Shown here: positions 27,850 to 36,477 of the stretch, one piece after another
How the letters are laid out: the number at the start of each line of letters is the position of its first letter
How positions within the stretch are numbered: the first letter of the stretch is position 1
Source: Candidatus Rariloculus sp.
GTDB taxonomy: Bacteria; Pseudomonadota; Gammaproteobacteria; Steroidobacterales; Rariloculaceae
DNA: 64,000 bases
Reading direction: 5' to 3'
Assembly (NCBI RefSeq): GCF_965263005.1
Contig: NZ_OZ253579.1
Location: 1,155,668 to 1,219,667, forward strand
The notes under the pieces: model-generated
Database searches by the model: none
What the model was told of the DNA's origin: nothing
Seen by the model: only the letters and a program-made list of their open reading frames with translations
Translations under genes and position numbers: made by a program

Positions 27850-28146
27850 CAAGGAACCATCAGCGTCTCGATGGATTTTCGGTCTCCGAAAAGAATAAGC
27901 GAAACGCAAGCGAGTAAACTCAAAAGCCGAGGCATATTGAAGCGCAACCGGGATCGGAATGAAGCGCCAGACCGCCATGAAATGGGCTTTAAGTTAATTA
28001 ATATCAAAGAATAAGCGTAATTCCGGGTACTTCTAGCGTGACCATGACGGTAAGCCAGAAATCCATATACTGATTTGGCCCCTTTTCAGTTTCACGTCGG
28101 CAGCACGGCAGTTTTGGATGGCTCCAGCAACAGGTAGGGACGATTC

Positions 28147-30054
28147 ATGGCGCGTGCCCTGACGCTACTCGAGAAGCTCTATCTCGCGGCGATCATCGTT
28201 GTCGGCGTCGGCTGGATCACGGCAGTCCCGAGGTACGTGGGTGTCTCGCTGATCGCGGCGGAATGGATTGGACTGCTGCTCGGCGTCGGGGTCGCGGGCG
28301 CGTTGCTCAAGTATCCGTATTGCGAGCGCTTCAGAATCGTCGATGCGCTGCTCGGCGTCGTCGCGCTCGGCTGCTGGCTATGGATGTCGGTCAACTACAA
28401 CGACTGGATCATCGACGTCTCCGGCTACACGGCCGACAAATTCGTTCCCGGCATCGTTGCGATCGTGCTGCTCATGGAAGCGATGAGGAAAGCCGCAGGC
28501 CTGCCGATCACGGTGCTCGTCTGGTTGCTCATCGCCTACGGACTGTTCGGTTACCTGCTGCCGTCGCCGATTCAGGCCGAGCAGCTGCCGGCGCCGGCGT
28601 TCGTGATGTATGTCTATGCGGATACGAACGGGATACCCGGCCTCGTCATGACCGTGGTCGGCACGTTGGTGCTCGCGTTCGTCGTGCTCGGCCGCCTGAT
28701 GCAGGTCAGCGGCGCGACGAAATTCTTCACCGATCTCGCGCTCGCGGGCATGGGACACAAGCGGGGCGGCCCGGCGAAGGTTGCAATCGTCGCCTCAAGC
28801 ATATTCGGCACGATCAACGGTACGGCGATCGGCAACATCATGTCTACCGGGATCGTGACGATCCCGTTGATGAAGAAGTCCGGGTTCAAGGCGCATTTCG
28901 CCGCGGCAATCGAGGCCGTCGCATCGAACGGCGGGCAGATCGCGCCGCCGGTCATGGGTGCGACGGCTTTTTTGATCGCGGAATTCCTGCAGCTCAGCTA
29001 CGTTGAGGTCGTCATTGCCGCGCTCGTGCCGGCGTTGCTTTACTACGTGTGCCTGTTCGTACAGGTCGATGCAATTGCGGCACGCCACGGCTTGGACGGC
29101 ATCGACAAGAGCGATCTGCCGGACGCGCGCTCGCTGCTCAAGACGGGCTGGGTGTTCCTGCTGCCGCTGCTCGTGCTGATCTACCTGCTGTTCGGCCGCG
29201 GCTTTGACCCCGCCCTGTCGGCCATGGCCGCCGTCGCTACGCTGTACGTGCTCATGTCGATCCTGAGACGACGCCTCGTGAGTCTCAAGGAGATCGCTGC
29301 AATGGTTGTCGGCGGGGGAGAGAACATGTTGCCGTTGCTGATGATCGCCGGCGGCGCGGGCATTGTGATCGGCGTCATGAACATCACGGGTCTCGGCTTC
29401 TCGCTCTCGATCATGCTGAGCCAGATAGGCCAGAACGCCGGCATCTTTGCCATGCTGGTCCTGACGGCGGCCATCTCGATCGTGCTCGGCATGGGGATGC
29501 CTACGACGGCGATCTATGTCGTGCTGTCGGTTGTGCTCGCGCCCGCGATCGTCCGGATGGGCGTTGAGCCGATGGCGGCGCATTTGTTCATTTTCTACTT
29601 CGGTCTGCTGTCGTTTCTCACTCCGCCCGTCGCGATCGCGAGTTTCGTCGCCGCGAACCTGGCGGGCAGCGGCATGTGGAGGACAGCGTTCGAGGGCATG
29701 AAGCTTGCGACGGTCGCCTATCTGTTGCCGTTCCTGTGGTGCTTCAACCCGGCGTTGATCATGGACGGCTCGCCGATCGAGATTATCTACGCGGTCGGGA
29801 CGGCGCTCGTCGGCGCGCTCATGATCGCTCAGGGCATGCAATGGACGCGGCTCACGGTCGTCAGGGATCTCGCGCTCGGCCTCACGCTGTTCGGTGGGGC
29901 TGTCGCGGTGGGCGGAAGCACGATCTGGTTCGGGGCCGACTCGGCGCTCAACGGGCTCGCGGGGCTGGCCGGAATCGCGCTGCTGCTGGTCGCACGCAGA
30001 GGCGCCGGAGCCAGACTTGGCCGAATGAAGGCCGACCGGGCACTGCGCCGGTAG
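28147..30054 (+). CDS. TRAP transporter fused 4TM/12TM permease (TAXI-type system membrane component)
   Basis: This is a 635-aa polytopic protein. The blocks GPAKVAIVASSIFGTINGTAIGNIMSTGIVTIPLMKK and AVASNGGQIAPPVMGATAFLIAEF are characteristic of the fused DctQM-like permease. Confidence 0.85.
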   Translation: MARALTLLEKLYLAAIIVVGVGWITAVPRYVGVSLIAAEWIGLLLGVGVAGALLKYPYCERFRIVDALLGVVALGCWLWMSVNYNDWIIDVSGYTADKFVPGIVAIVLLMEAMRKAAGLPITVLVWLLIAYGLFGYLLPSPIQAEQLPAPAFVMYVYADTNGIPGLVMTVVGTLVLAFVVLGRLMQVSGATKFFTDLALAGMGHKRGGPAKVAIVASSIFGTINGTAIGNIMSTGIVTIPLMKKSGFKAHFAAAIEAVASNGGQIAPPVMGATAFLIAEFLQLSYVEVVIAALVPALLYYVCLFVQVDAIAARHGLDGIDKSDLPDARSLLKTGWVFLLPLLVLIYLLFGRGFDPALSAMAAVATLYVLMSILRRRLVSLKEIAAMVVGGGENMLPLLMIAGGAGIVIGVMNITGLGFSLSIMLSQIGQNAGIFAMLVLTAAISIVLGMGMPTTAIYVVLSVVLAPAIVRMGVEPMAAHLFIFYFGLLSFLTPPVAIASFVAANLAGSGMWRTAFEGMKLATVAYLLPFLWCFNPALIMDGSPIEIIYAVGTALVGALMIAQGMQWTRLTVVRDLALGLTLFGGAVAVGGSTIWFGADSALNGLAGLAGIALLLVARRGAGARLGRMKADRALRR

Positions 30055-30127
30055 GGCGGACCGGGCACCGCACGCGTAGCGCGGCCGCGGGGCGCCGTTT
30101 CACGCCCGTCCCGGGCTTCGCCGCCAT

Positions 30128-31558
30128 TCAGGCGGTTCCGAACGCCGGCCAGAACGTTGCGAGCAGGTAGCCGGCCGAGACGAGCACGACCAGGATCAGG
30201 GCGGTCAGCCACAAGCCGCGCGAGAACATCGTCTTCAGGTTCACGCCGTAACCGGCGGCGAGTGCGGGGCCGCCCGACGAGGACGGCAGCATGATGCCGT
30301 AGTTCCCGGCCGCGGCGACAATGTAGACGAACGGCATGGGGTTCATGTCGAGACTCTGAAACGTCGTGATCGTGATCGGCACGATGATTGCGACGGCCGC
30401 CGTGTTGTTCGTGATCTGGGTCATGAGCACGGTCAGGGAGGCAAACACGACGACCGCAACGAAGCCGCCGCCGCCGGCCAGCGGAATGAGCTGATCCGCG
30501 AGGAACCGGGCCGTGCCGGTTTCGCTCAGGATCATGCCGAGCGCCGATCCGCCCGCGAACAGATAGATCAGGCCCCAGACCATGTGGCGCTGCGCGTATT
30601 GCCACTCGAGCAGCGGCTCGCCCTTGTGCCGAACGGCGAAGCTCAGGACCCCGAATACGAGAAACGCGAACGCGGGCGTCAGTCCGGGCAGAATGTCCGC
30701 GTAGAGCTGGCGCGTAAAGGCAAGCAGCGTCGCCGCAACGAAAAAACCGAGTCCCCATTTCTCCGGTACGCTCATCTTGCCGAGCGCATCGAGTTCGCGG
30801 GCGAACCAGGTCCGCGTACCTTCGACGCGGTCCATCTCGGGCTTGAGCGCAAAGCGCATGAAGATGAACGTGACGGCGCAAATCAGCGCGGTCAGCGGAA
30901 GCAGGCGCACGGCCCAGGTCGAGAACAGGAATTCACCGTCGATGAGCTGCTGCTCGACGAACTGCACCGTCAGCAGATTCGGCGCGCCGCCCATCGGCGT
31001 TCCGGACCCGCCGACGGCTGTCCCCCACGCGACGGCGATCAGCAGGGCCGACCCGAACGCGCTCTTGCCCACATCCTCGATGCCGATGAAACGCAGCATC
31101 GCGAGGACGATCGGCATCATCGTCGCGGCTACGACCGTGTTCGGCAGGAACGTGCTCAAGACCGCAGCGATCGCGAACCATGCGAGGATGTGCTGGCGCG
31201 TGCTCGTGCCGATGCCCATGAGCGAAGCGAGCGCGATGCGGCGGTCGAGTCCCCATCGCGACCACAACGATGCGAGCATGTTGGCGCCAAGCAGCAGGAT
31301 GACGAGCTGCTGGGCGTAAGCCGGCAGCACCGTGGCGACGGGCAGGAAGTCGAACAGCGCGAGCACCACGAGCGGCAGGAAGCCCGTGACGGCGAGGTGG
31401 ACGGGTTGAAAGATCCACCACCACGACATCCAGATGAGCAGCCCGATGCTGCCGCGTACCGGATAGGGCATGCCAGGCAGGGGCAGCATGACCAGCAGCG
31501 CGAATACGGCCGGGCCGCCGGCAATGTGGAACAACCGCGAGCCGCGTTCCGAGGTCAC
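30128..31558 (-). CDS. SLC13/DASS-family anion:sodium symporter-type permease
   Basis: ORF 30128..31735 was trimmed to the GTG at 31558, which overlaps the stop of the upstream ThrC-like gene (GTGA). The protein is polytopic. FLPNTVVAATMMPI and TNNTAAVAIIVPI are the paired hairpin-loop motifs of the DASS/ArsB-NhaD superfamily. Confidence 0.8.
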   Translation of the reverse strand: MTSERGSRLFHIAGGPAVFALLVMLPLPGMPYPVRGSIGLLIWMSWWWIFQPVHLAVTGFLPLVVLALFDFLPVATVLPAYAQQLVILLLGANMLASLWSRWGLDRRIALASLMGIGTSTRQHILAWFAIAAVLSTFLPNTVVAATMMPIVLAMLRFIGIEDVGKSAFGSALLIAVAWGTAVGGSGTPMGGAPNLLTVQFVEQQLIDGEFLFSTWAVRLLPLTALICAVTFIFMRFALKPEMDRVEGTRTWFARELDALGKMSVPEKWGLGFFVAATLLAFTRQLYADILPGLTPAFAFLVFGVLSFAVRHKGEPLLEWQYAQRHMVWGLIYLFAGGSALGMILSETGTARFLADQLIPLAGGGGFVAVVVFASLTVLMTQITNNTAAVAIIVPITITTFQSLDMNPMPFVYIVAAAGNYGIMLPSSSGGPALAAGYGVNLKTMFSRGLWLTALILVVLVSAGYLLATFWPAFGTA

Positions 31559-32736
31559 GTTGCGAGCGCTTCCTGCCAGATGTCGGCGTACTTGTATCCG
31601 CTGCCGGTGTTGAACAGCACGACCATTTCGCCGCGCAAGATTTTGCCCTGCGCCACGAGCTTGCGCACGGCGACGAGGCCCGCACCGCCTTCGGGTGCGG
31701 CGAAGATGCCTTCGAGGCGGGCCAGGTCCCGGCACGCGCTCATGAGTTCGGCGTCGCTGGCCGCGACGGCTTCACCGCGGCTTGCGTAGATGTCCGCGAG
31801 GATCAGGAAATCACCTAGCGCTTTCGGCACACGCAGGCCGGCGGCCACTGTTTCGGCATGCTCGAAGAATTCCGATTCGGCGGCGCCTTGCTCGAAGGCG
31901 CGGACGATCGGTGCGCAGCCTTCAGCCTGCGCAGAAATCATCCTCGGGCGCGTGCCTCCGACGAGACCCATGGCGCCGAGTTCCTCGAAAGCCTTCCACA
32001 TGCCGATCAGACCGACGCCGCCTCCGGTCGGATAGACGATCACGTCGGGAAGCTCGCCGCCGAGATCCTCCCAGAGCTCGTAGCCCATCGTCTTCTTGCC
32101 CTCGATGCGCCAGGGCTCCTTCAGGGTCGACACTTCGAACCAGCCTTCGCTGGCCGCGCGCTCGGCGATGTATTTGCCGCAGTCCGAGATCAGGCCGTCG
32201 ATCATGCGTACGTCCGCGCCGAACGCGCGTGACTCGATGACGTTCGCGGCGGGCGTGTCCGATGGCATCGCAATTACGCAGCGGAGATCCGCCGCGGCCG
32301 CGTATGCGGCAGCCGCGCCGCCGGCGTTGCCCGCCGTCGGCAGCGCTATGGCGGCCGCGCCGAGTGCTTTCGCCATGCTTACGGCCGCCGAGAGTCCGCG
32401 CGCCTTGAACGACCCGGTCGGGTTCAGCCCTTCGTCCTTGATGAACAACCGCTCGAGGCCGAGCTGCTCGCCCAGGCGGCGGGCGTGAATCAGCGGCGTC
32501 ATACCCTCGCCGAGCGTCACCGGCGCCGCGCCGGGCAATACCTCTGCGTAACGCCACATCGACCGCGTGCGCGGCTTGAGCGCGTCGAGCGTCAGCGTCT
32601 CGCGAGCCGCGGCCAGATCGTACCGGGCAAGTACAGGAGAGCTGCAGGCCGGGCAGAGATTGGCTGCCTCGGCGTGACTGAGTTGCCTGGCGCAAGCCGG
32701 GCGCGAGCATTCGAGGTGGGAAAGTGTCGACCGCAT
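31555..32736 (-). CDS. threonine synthase-like PLP enzyme with N-terminal Cys4 zinc ribbon
   Basis: ORF 31555..32943 was trimmed to the Met outside repeat E (MRSTLSHLEC). The zinc ribbon reads CSRPAC...CPAC. The PLP-lysine block is NPTGSFKARG, followed by TAGNAGGA and the GGGVGLIG loop. This is the short archaeal-type ThrC/PALP fold. Confidence 0.8.
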   Translation of the reverse strand: MRSTLSHLECSRPACARQLSHAEAANLCPACSSPVLARYDLAAARETLTLDALKPRTRSMWRYAEVLPGAAPVTLGEGMTPLIHARRLGEQLGLERLFIKDEGLNPTGSFKARGLSAAVSMAKALGAAAIALPTAGNAGGAAAAYAAAADLRCVIAMPSDTPAANVIESRAFGADVRMIDGLISDCGKYIAERAASEGWFEVSTLKEPWRIEGKKTMGYELWEDLGGELPDVIVYPTGGGVGLIGMWKAFEELGAMGLVGGTRPRMISAQAEGCAPIVRAFEQGAAESEFFEHAETVAAGLRVPKALGDFLILADIYASRGEAVAASDAELMSACRDLARLEGIFAAPEGGAGLVAVRKLVAQGKILRGEMVVLFNTGSGYKYADIWQEALAT

Positions 32737-32749
32737 CGGGCGGCAGTCT

Positions 32750-32853
32750 AGCACCCCGTGGCAAGAGTCCCGCTGCATGGGGCGGAAGACCGCCTTGCCG
32801 GCCGGGCGCCTCGCCGGTCTCGGTGCGACGCGGGACTTTCGCCACGGGGTGCT
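32750..32853 (+). repeat. Palindromic MITE/REP-like element, copy E (internally deleted, about 104 bp)
   Basis: It reads AGCACCCCGTGGCAAGAGTCCCGCTGCATGGGGCGGAAGACCGCCTTGCCGGCCGGGCGCCTCGCCGGTCTCGGTGCGACGCGGGACTTTCGCCACGGGGTGCT. Both termini are present, but the central GAATAT...AATATTC core is missing. Confidence 0.8.
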
Positions 32854-32920
32854 GCCCCGGGAGAGGTCGAACCAGTGGATGCTCCGTTGCCGGGAACCCC
32901 TGGTCGGCCCGATCAGCGCA

Positions 32921-35011
32921 TCAGAACTGCCATTTGACCCCAACGCGCAGGGTTCGCGGCTCCTGGGCCCGGCTCATGCGGCAATTGACGGCACCGCAGT
33001 CGATATCCTCGGAGGTGAGCCCCGGGGGATCCAATCCAGCCACGTGAGCTTCATACCAGTAGACGATGTCTTTGCCGTCCGCATCGAGCACGTTTATCAG
33101 GTCCGCATAGAAAGTGACGTCGCGCAACGTGTAGGCGCCTCGCAAGCTTATCGTCGTCTCGGAGCCTGCGCGCTCGGAATTGTCGGGCACGAGCGCATAG
33201 GGCCCGAGATAGCGCATGCGCAGACTGGCTTCCCAGTTATCCTTCGTTGCCGCGAAACCGATCTGACCGGCATGCTCCACGGACCCCTCGATGTTACGGC
33301 CGTCCGGGTTATCGACATAGTGCGCGTTGCTGCCGGTGTAGACCGCATCGACGCCGAGCCAATCGAGGGGCTGCCAGAACACGGTGAGCTCGTACCCGTC
33401 GCGCTCGGATGCGCCCCTGGGCTCGACGGAATTCGAATCGCCGACGAAGATCAGCTCGCTGTCGAGATTGAGCCACCAGTATGCGGAGGTGATCTTGACG
33501 CCGCCGAATTCCAGGCGCGCGCCGGCCTCGTAGCCGGTTCCGGGCGCGAGGCCCGGCAGCGGGTCTTCGGCGTTGACGACGCCTCGGGCATCGTTGGAAT
33601 GAAAGCCCTTGCCCCAGTTGCCGTACAACTCGACGTTGTCGCTCGGGGCGTAGGCCAGGCCGAATTTAGGCGACACGCGGCTATCGGTCTCGCTGCCCGC
33701 GAAGCTCCCGGCCCTGTTCGCGGTGACGTCGAACTTGTAGTAGTCAGCGCGTGCGCCGGCGAGCAATCTGAGCCTGCCGGTCGGTGCCCAGCTCGCTTCG
33801 GCATGGAACCCGACCGAACTCTCGCCGATATTGTTGTTCGCGATATCGGCGACGTATCGGCCCGCTTCGTGTTCCTCTACGCCGACCGGGCCTATGTCGT
33901 CGTGACGGAACTCGCCGCCGACCGTGAAGTCGAGACGCTCTGTCTCGATCAGTGTCCGGTCATAACGGCCGCCCGCGATCCAGCGCTTGTCGAACTGGTT
34001 GATCTGAGCGTCGTAAGTCGGGTTCGACTGCATGTGCCAGTCGTAATATTGCAGGTAACCCGACGCGTCCCAGTCTGCGCCACCGAGCTGCACGCCGCCG
34101 ATCCATCGTGAGGTATTGCCGCCGGCTGTCGGATCCAGCGTGCAGAACGCGTCGGCGCAGACACTCGTGCCGATCGCCCGCTCGGGAACCTGCTCGGTCG
34201 GGTGCCAGTCGCCCTCATAGCCCGACAACGTAAACGACATGTCGCCGAAGCTCGTCTGCCGCAGGTACTTCGCCCAGACCGATGTGTGCTCGAGGCCCTC
34301 GGGATGCTGCCACGGCCCGTCATAGGTCTTGACCTCGCCGAGCGCGGTCAGCGTGCCGTCGCCAAGCTCGGTCGTACCGCCTGCCGCGAGCCGGCCCCAG
34401 CCGCGATGGCCGGACTCCAGCGCCACGAACGGGGCATCGAGTCTGTCGATCGTCGTGATGAACGACGAGGCGGCCATCGAGAAATCGCCGACGTCGGCGC
34501 GATACGTGCCCTTGCGGTAGTCCAGGCGGTCGACGATCTCCGGCAGCAGGCCGTTGATGTCCAGGTAGCCCTGACCGTGGCCGTGCGAGCGGAAATTCCA
34601 TGGCACGCCGTCGACGTATGTCGTGAAGTCGGTGCCGTGATCGAGGTTGAAGCCGCGCAGGAAGTACTGGTTCGCCTTGCCGCTGCCGGAGTGCTGGACG
34701 GCCACCATGCCGGGCACGGCTTCGAGCAGATCCGCGGTACGCAACATCGGCTTGACGAGCAGGTCGGCACCGCCGACGGAGCCTTCGCTCGCGGCCTCGG
34801 CCGACCCGAGCAGCGCGATGCCGCGGCCGAAGACGATGATCTCCTCGAGCGGTCCGACAGTCGGTTCGTCAGCGTCGGCAGTGCGCTCGTCTTGCGCGGG
34901 TCCGTCCTCGGTATCCTGGGCGAGGGCGGCCCGCGGCCCGATGGACATGGCCGCGAGCAGCGCGCAGATCGAGCTGGTGAGACTCAACGCGCCCGAAAAT
35001 CGCCCATCCAT
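32921..35011 (-). CDS. TonB-dependent outer-membrane receptor
   Basis: ORF 32921..35050 was trimmed to MDGRFSGALSL...AALAQ (signal peptide), with an SD GAGGA upstream. The plug region is EEIIVFGRG...VAVQHSGSGKANQYFLRGFNLDHGTDF. The C-terminal beta-barrel ends in the aromatic sequence VGVKWQF. Confidence 0.9.
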   Translation of the reverse strand: MDGRFSGALSLTSSICALLAAMSIGPRAALAQDTEDGPAQDERTADADEPTVGPLEEIIVFGRGIALLGSAEAASEGSVGGADLLVKPMLRTADLLEAVPGMVAVQHSGSGKANQYFLRGFNLDHGTDFTTYVDGVPWNFRSHGHGQGYLDINGLLPEIVDRLDYRKGTYRADVGDFSMAASSFITTIDRLDAPFVALESGHRGWGRLAAGGTTELGDGTLTALGEVKTYDGPWQHPEGLEHTSVWAKYLRQTSFGDMSFTLSGYEGDWHPTEQVPERAIGTSVCADAFCTLDPTAGGNTSRWIGGVQLGGADWDASGYLQYYDWHMQSNPTYDAQINQFDKRWIAGGRYDRTLIETERLDFTVGGEFRHDDIGPVGVEEHEAGRYVADIANNNIGESSVGFHAEASWAPTGRLRLLAGARADYYKFDVTANRAGSFAGSETDSRVSPKFGLAYAPSDNVELYGNWGKGFHSNDARGVVNAEDPLPGLAPGTGYEAGARLEFGGVKITSAYWWLNLDSELIFVGDSNSVEPRGASERDGYELTVFWQPLDWLGVDAVYTGSNAHYVDNPDGRNIEGSVEHAGQIGFAATKDNWEASLRMRYLGPYALVPDNSERAGSETTISLRGAYTLRDVTFYADLINVLDADGKDIVYWYEAHVAGLDPPGLTSEDIDCGAVNCRMSRAQEPRTLRVGVKWQF

Positions 35012-35120
35012 AAAGAAATTCCTCAGGAGGTGTCGAAACTGCCGCGCCACAATCCGTCATCCGTCGGGTTCGGCAGCGAGCGTGCGAGTATCGGGGGTTT
35101 GAAGCCGGATTTTCAGGCTA

Positions 35121-35140
35121 TTAACGGTTATTTACGGTTA
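35121..35140. promoter_or_regulatory. 10-bp tandem direct repeat TT(A/T)ACGGTTA x2 upstream of the TonB-dependent receptor
   Basis: ttaacggtta (35121-35130) is followed immediately by tttacggtta (35131-35140). This lies about 110-130 bp upstream of the receptor start, in a 397-bp divergent intergenic region. Confidence 0.25.
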
Positions 35141-35408
35141 ACGCGAGGCGGGCGTGATCCATTTGCCTCTCGATTCCGGCCCGTGACGATATCAGGGAGC
35201 CGATCGAAGGGTTTCCGGGAACGCGCTTCTACCGGATTCAGGGGGCGGAGGATACGCTTGAAAGAAAGAGCTTCAGGGAATGTAACGCTTCTTGGGCCGG
35301 TGGACTCTGGTGCGTGGTCGCGATATGTTTCGGGCCGCGCGCGCAAGGGCGCGGCCGCGCCACTTCCCGCATAACGATTAGGTAACGATCAGCACGTGAG
35401 GATAAACG

Positions 35409-36398
35409 ATGAATGTCTATGAGGTTGTACGGGGCAGCACAAGCATAGATGGCCTGCGGCGCGCCGAAAGGGTGCGGCCGGCGCCCGGACCGTCCGAAGT
35501 GCTCGTTCGCGTGCGGGCCGCATCGCTCAATTTTCGCGATATAGCGATCGTCAGGGGCAAATACATCGGCGGACCGCTGACTCACGACACGATCCCGTTG
35601 TCCGACGGCGCCGGCGAGGTCGAAGCGGTCGGCGCGGGTGTGGATGAGTTCGCCGTCGGCGATCGCGTCGTCGCGACGTTCGCGCAAGGGCGCCCGCCTG
35701 CCGCTCTCGGCTCGCCGCTCGACGGCATGTTGACCGAGTACATTTGCCTGAACGTGGATGGTCTGCTCCGAGTTCCTGCCGGGTTGTCGTACGAGGAAGC
35801 AGCCACGCTGCCGTGCGCGGGTGTGACGGCATGGAACGCACTGACCGAGGGCAAGGCTGTCCGCCCCGGAGACACCGTGCTGACGCTGGGCACAGGCGGC
35901 GTTTCGCTGTTTGCGCTGCAGATCGCCAAGACTGCCGGTGCGCGCGTGATCATCACGTCCTCGAGCGATGAAAAGCTTGAGCGGGCGAGGGCGCTCGGCG
36001 CAGACGAGACGATCAACTACAAGCGCGAGCCTGCCTGGGAACGCGCCGTGCTCGAACTCACCGACGGACTGGGCGCGGACCATGTCGTCGAGCTTGGAGG
36101 CTCCGGCACGCTGCCTCACTCCTACCGGGCCGTCGGCCCGCGCGGCGAGATTTCACTGATCGGGGTGATGACGCTGCCCGAAGGCGACCTGAGCCCGCAC
36201 GCGATGATGTTCAAGGGCGCCACGATGCGAGGCATTTTCGTCGGCGACAAGCATCTGTTCATCGGCCTGAACAAGGCGATCGCCGTCAATGGCCTGAAGC
36301 CGGTCATCGACACCGTCTTCGAGTTCGATGCCGCCGTCGAGGCGTATCGATACCTCCGGTCCGCCAAGCACTTCGGCAAGGTCGTGATCAGGATCTAG
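35409..36398 (+). CDS. NADPH:quinone oxidoreductase / zinc-type alcohol dehydrogenase superfamily (MDR) protein
   Basis: It has a GroES-like N-domain (PGPSEVLVRVRAASLNFRD), a Rossmann block (GDTVLTLGTGGVSLFALQIAKTAGARVI) and the C-terminal sequence KHFGKVVIRI. Confidence 0.85.
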   Translation: MNVYEVVRGSTSIDGLRRAERVRPAPGPSEVLVRVRAASLNFRDIAIVRGKYIGGPLTHDTIPLSDGAGEVEAVGAGVDEFAVGDRVVATFAQGRPPAALGSPLDGMLTEYICLNVDGLLRVPAGLSYEEAATLPCAGVTAWNALTEGKAVRPGDTVLTLGTGGVSLFALQIAKTAGARVIITSSSDEKLERARALGADETINYKREPAWERAVLELTDGLGADHVVELGGSGTLPHSYRAVGPRGEISLIGVMTLPEGDLSPHAMMFKGATMRGIFVGDKHLFIGLNKAIAVNGLKPVIDTVFEFDAAVEAYRYLRSAKHFGKVVIRI

Positions 36399-36440
36399 CA
36401 GCTCGCGGCTGCGGTTCCGCGTCGCGCAGAGAGCGGCGCA

Positions 36441-36463
36441 GCGTTAGCCACGGGCTGCTAGCG
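36441..36463. repeat. Solo terminal fragment of the MITE/REP-like element
   Basis: GCGTTAGCCACGGGCTGCTAGCG matches only the element terminus (..GCCACGGGCTGCT) and has no body. It lies between two convergent genes. Confidence 0.4.
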
Positions 36464-36477
36464 TCCCGCGGCCTCGT

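Noticed and set aside
35012-35408. A possible cobalamin or TPP riboswitch in the long leader of the TonB-dependent receptor.
   Set aside because: Reading the minus strand, I found no B12 box (..GCCACTG..) and no GGGGTGC / CTGAGA / ACCTGATCTGGATAATGCCAGCG-type THI-box core. Only short chance similarities appear (CCCTGAT). A covariance-model scan would be needed to exclude other classes.
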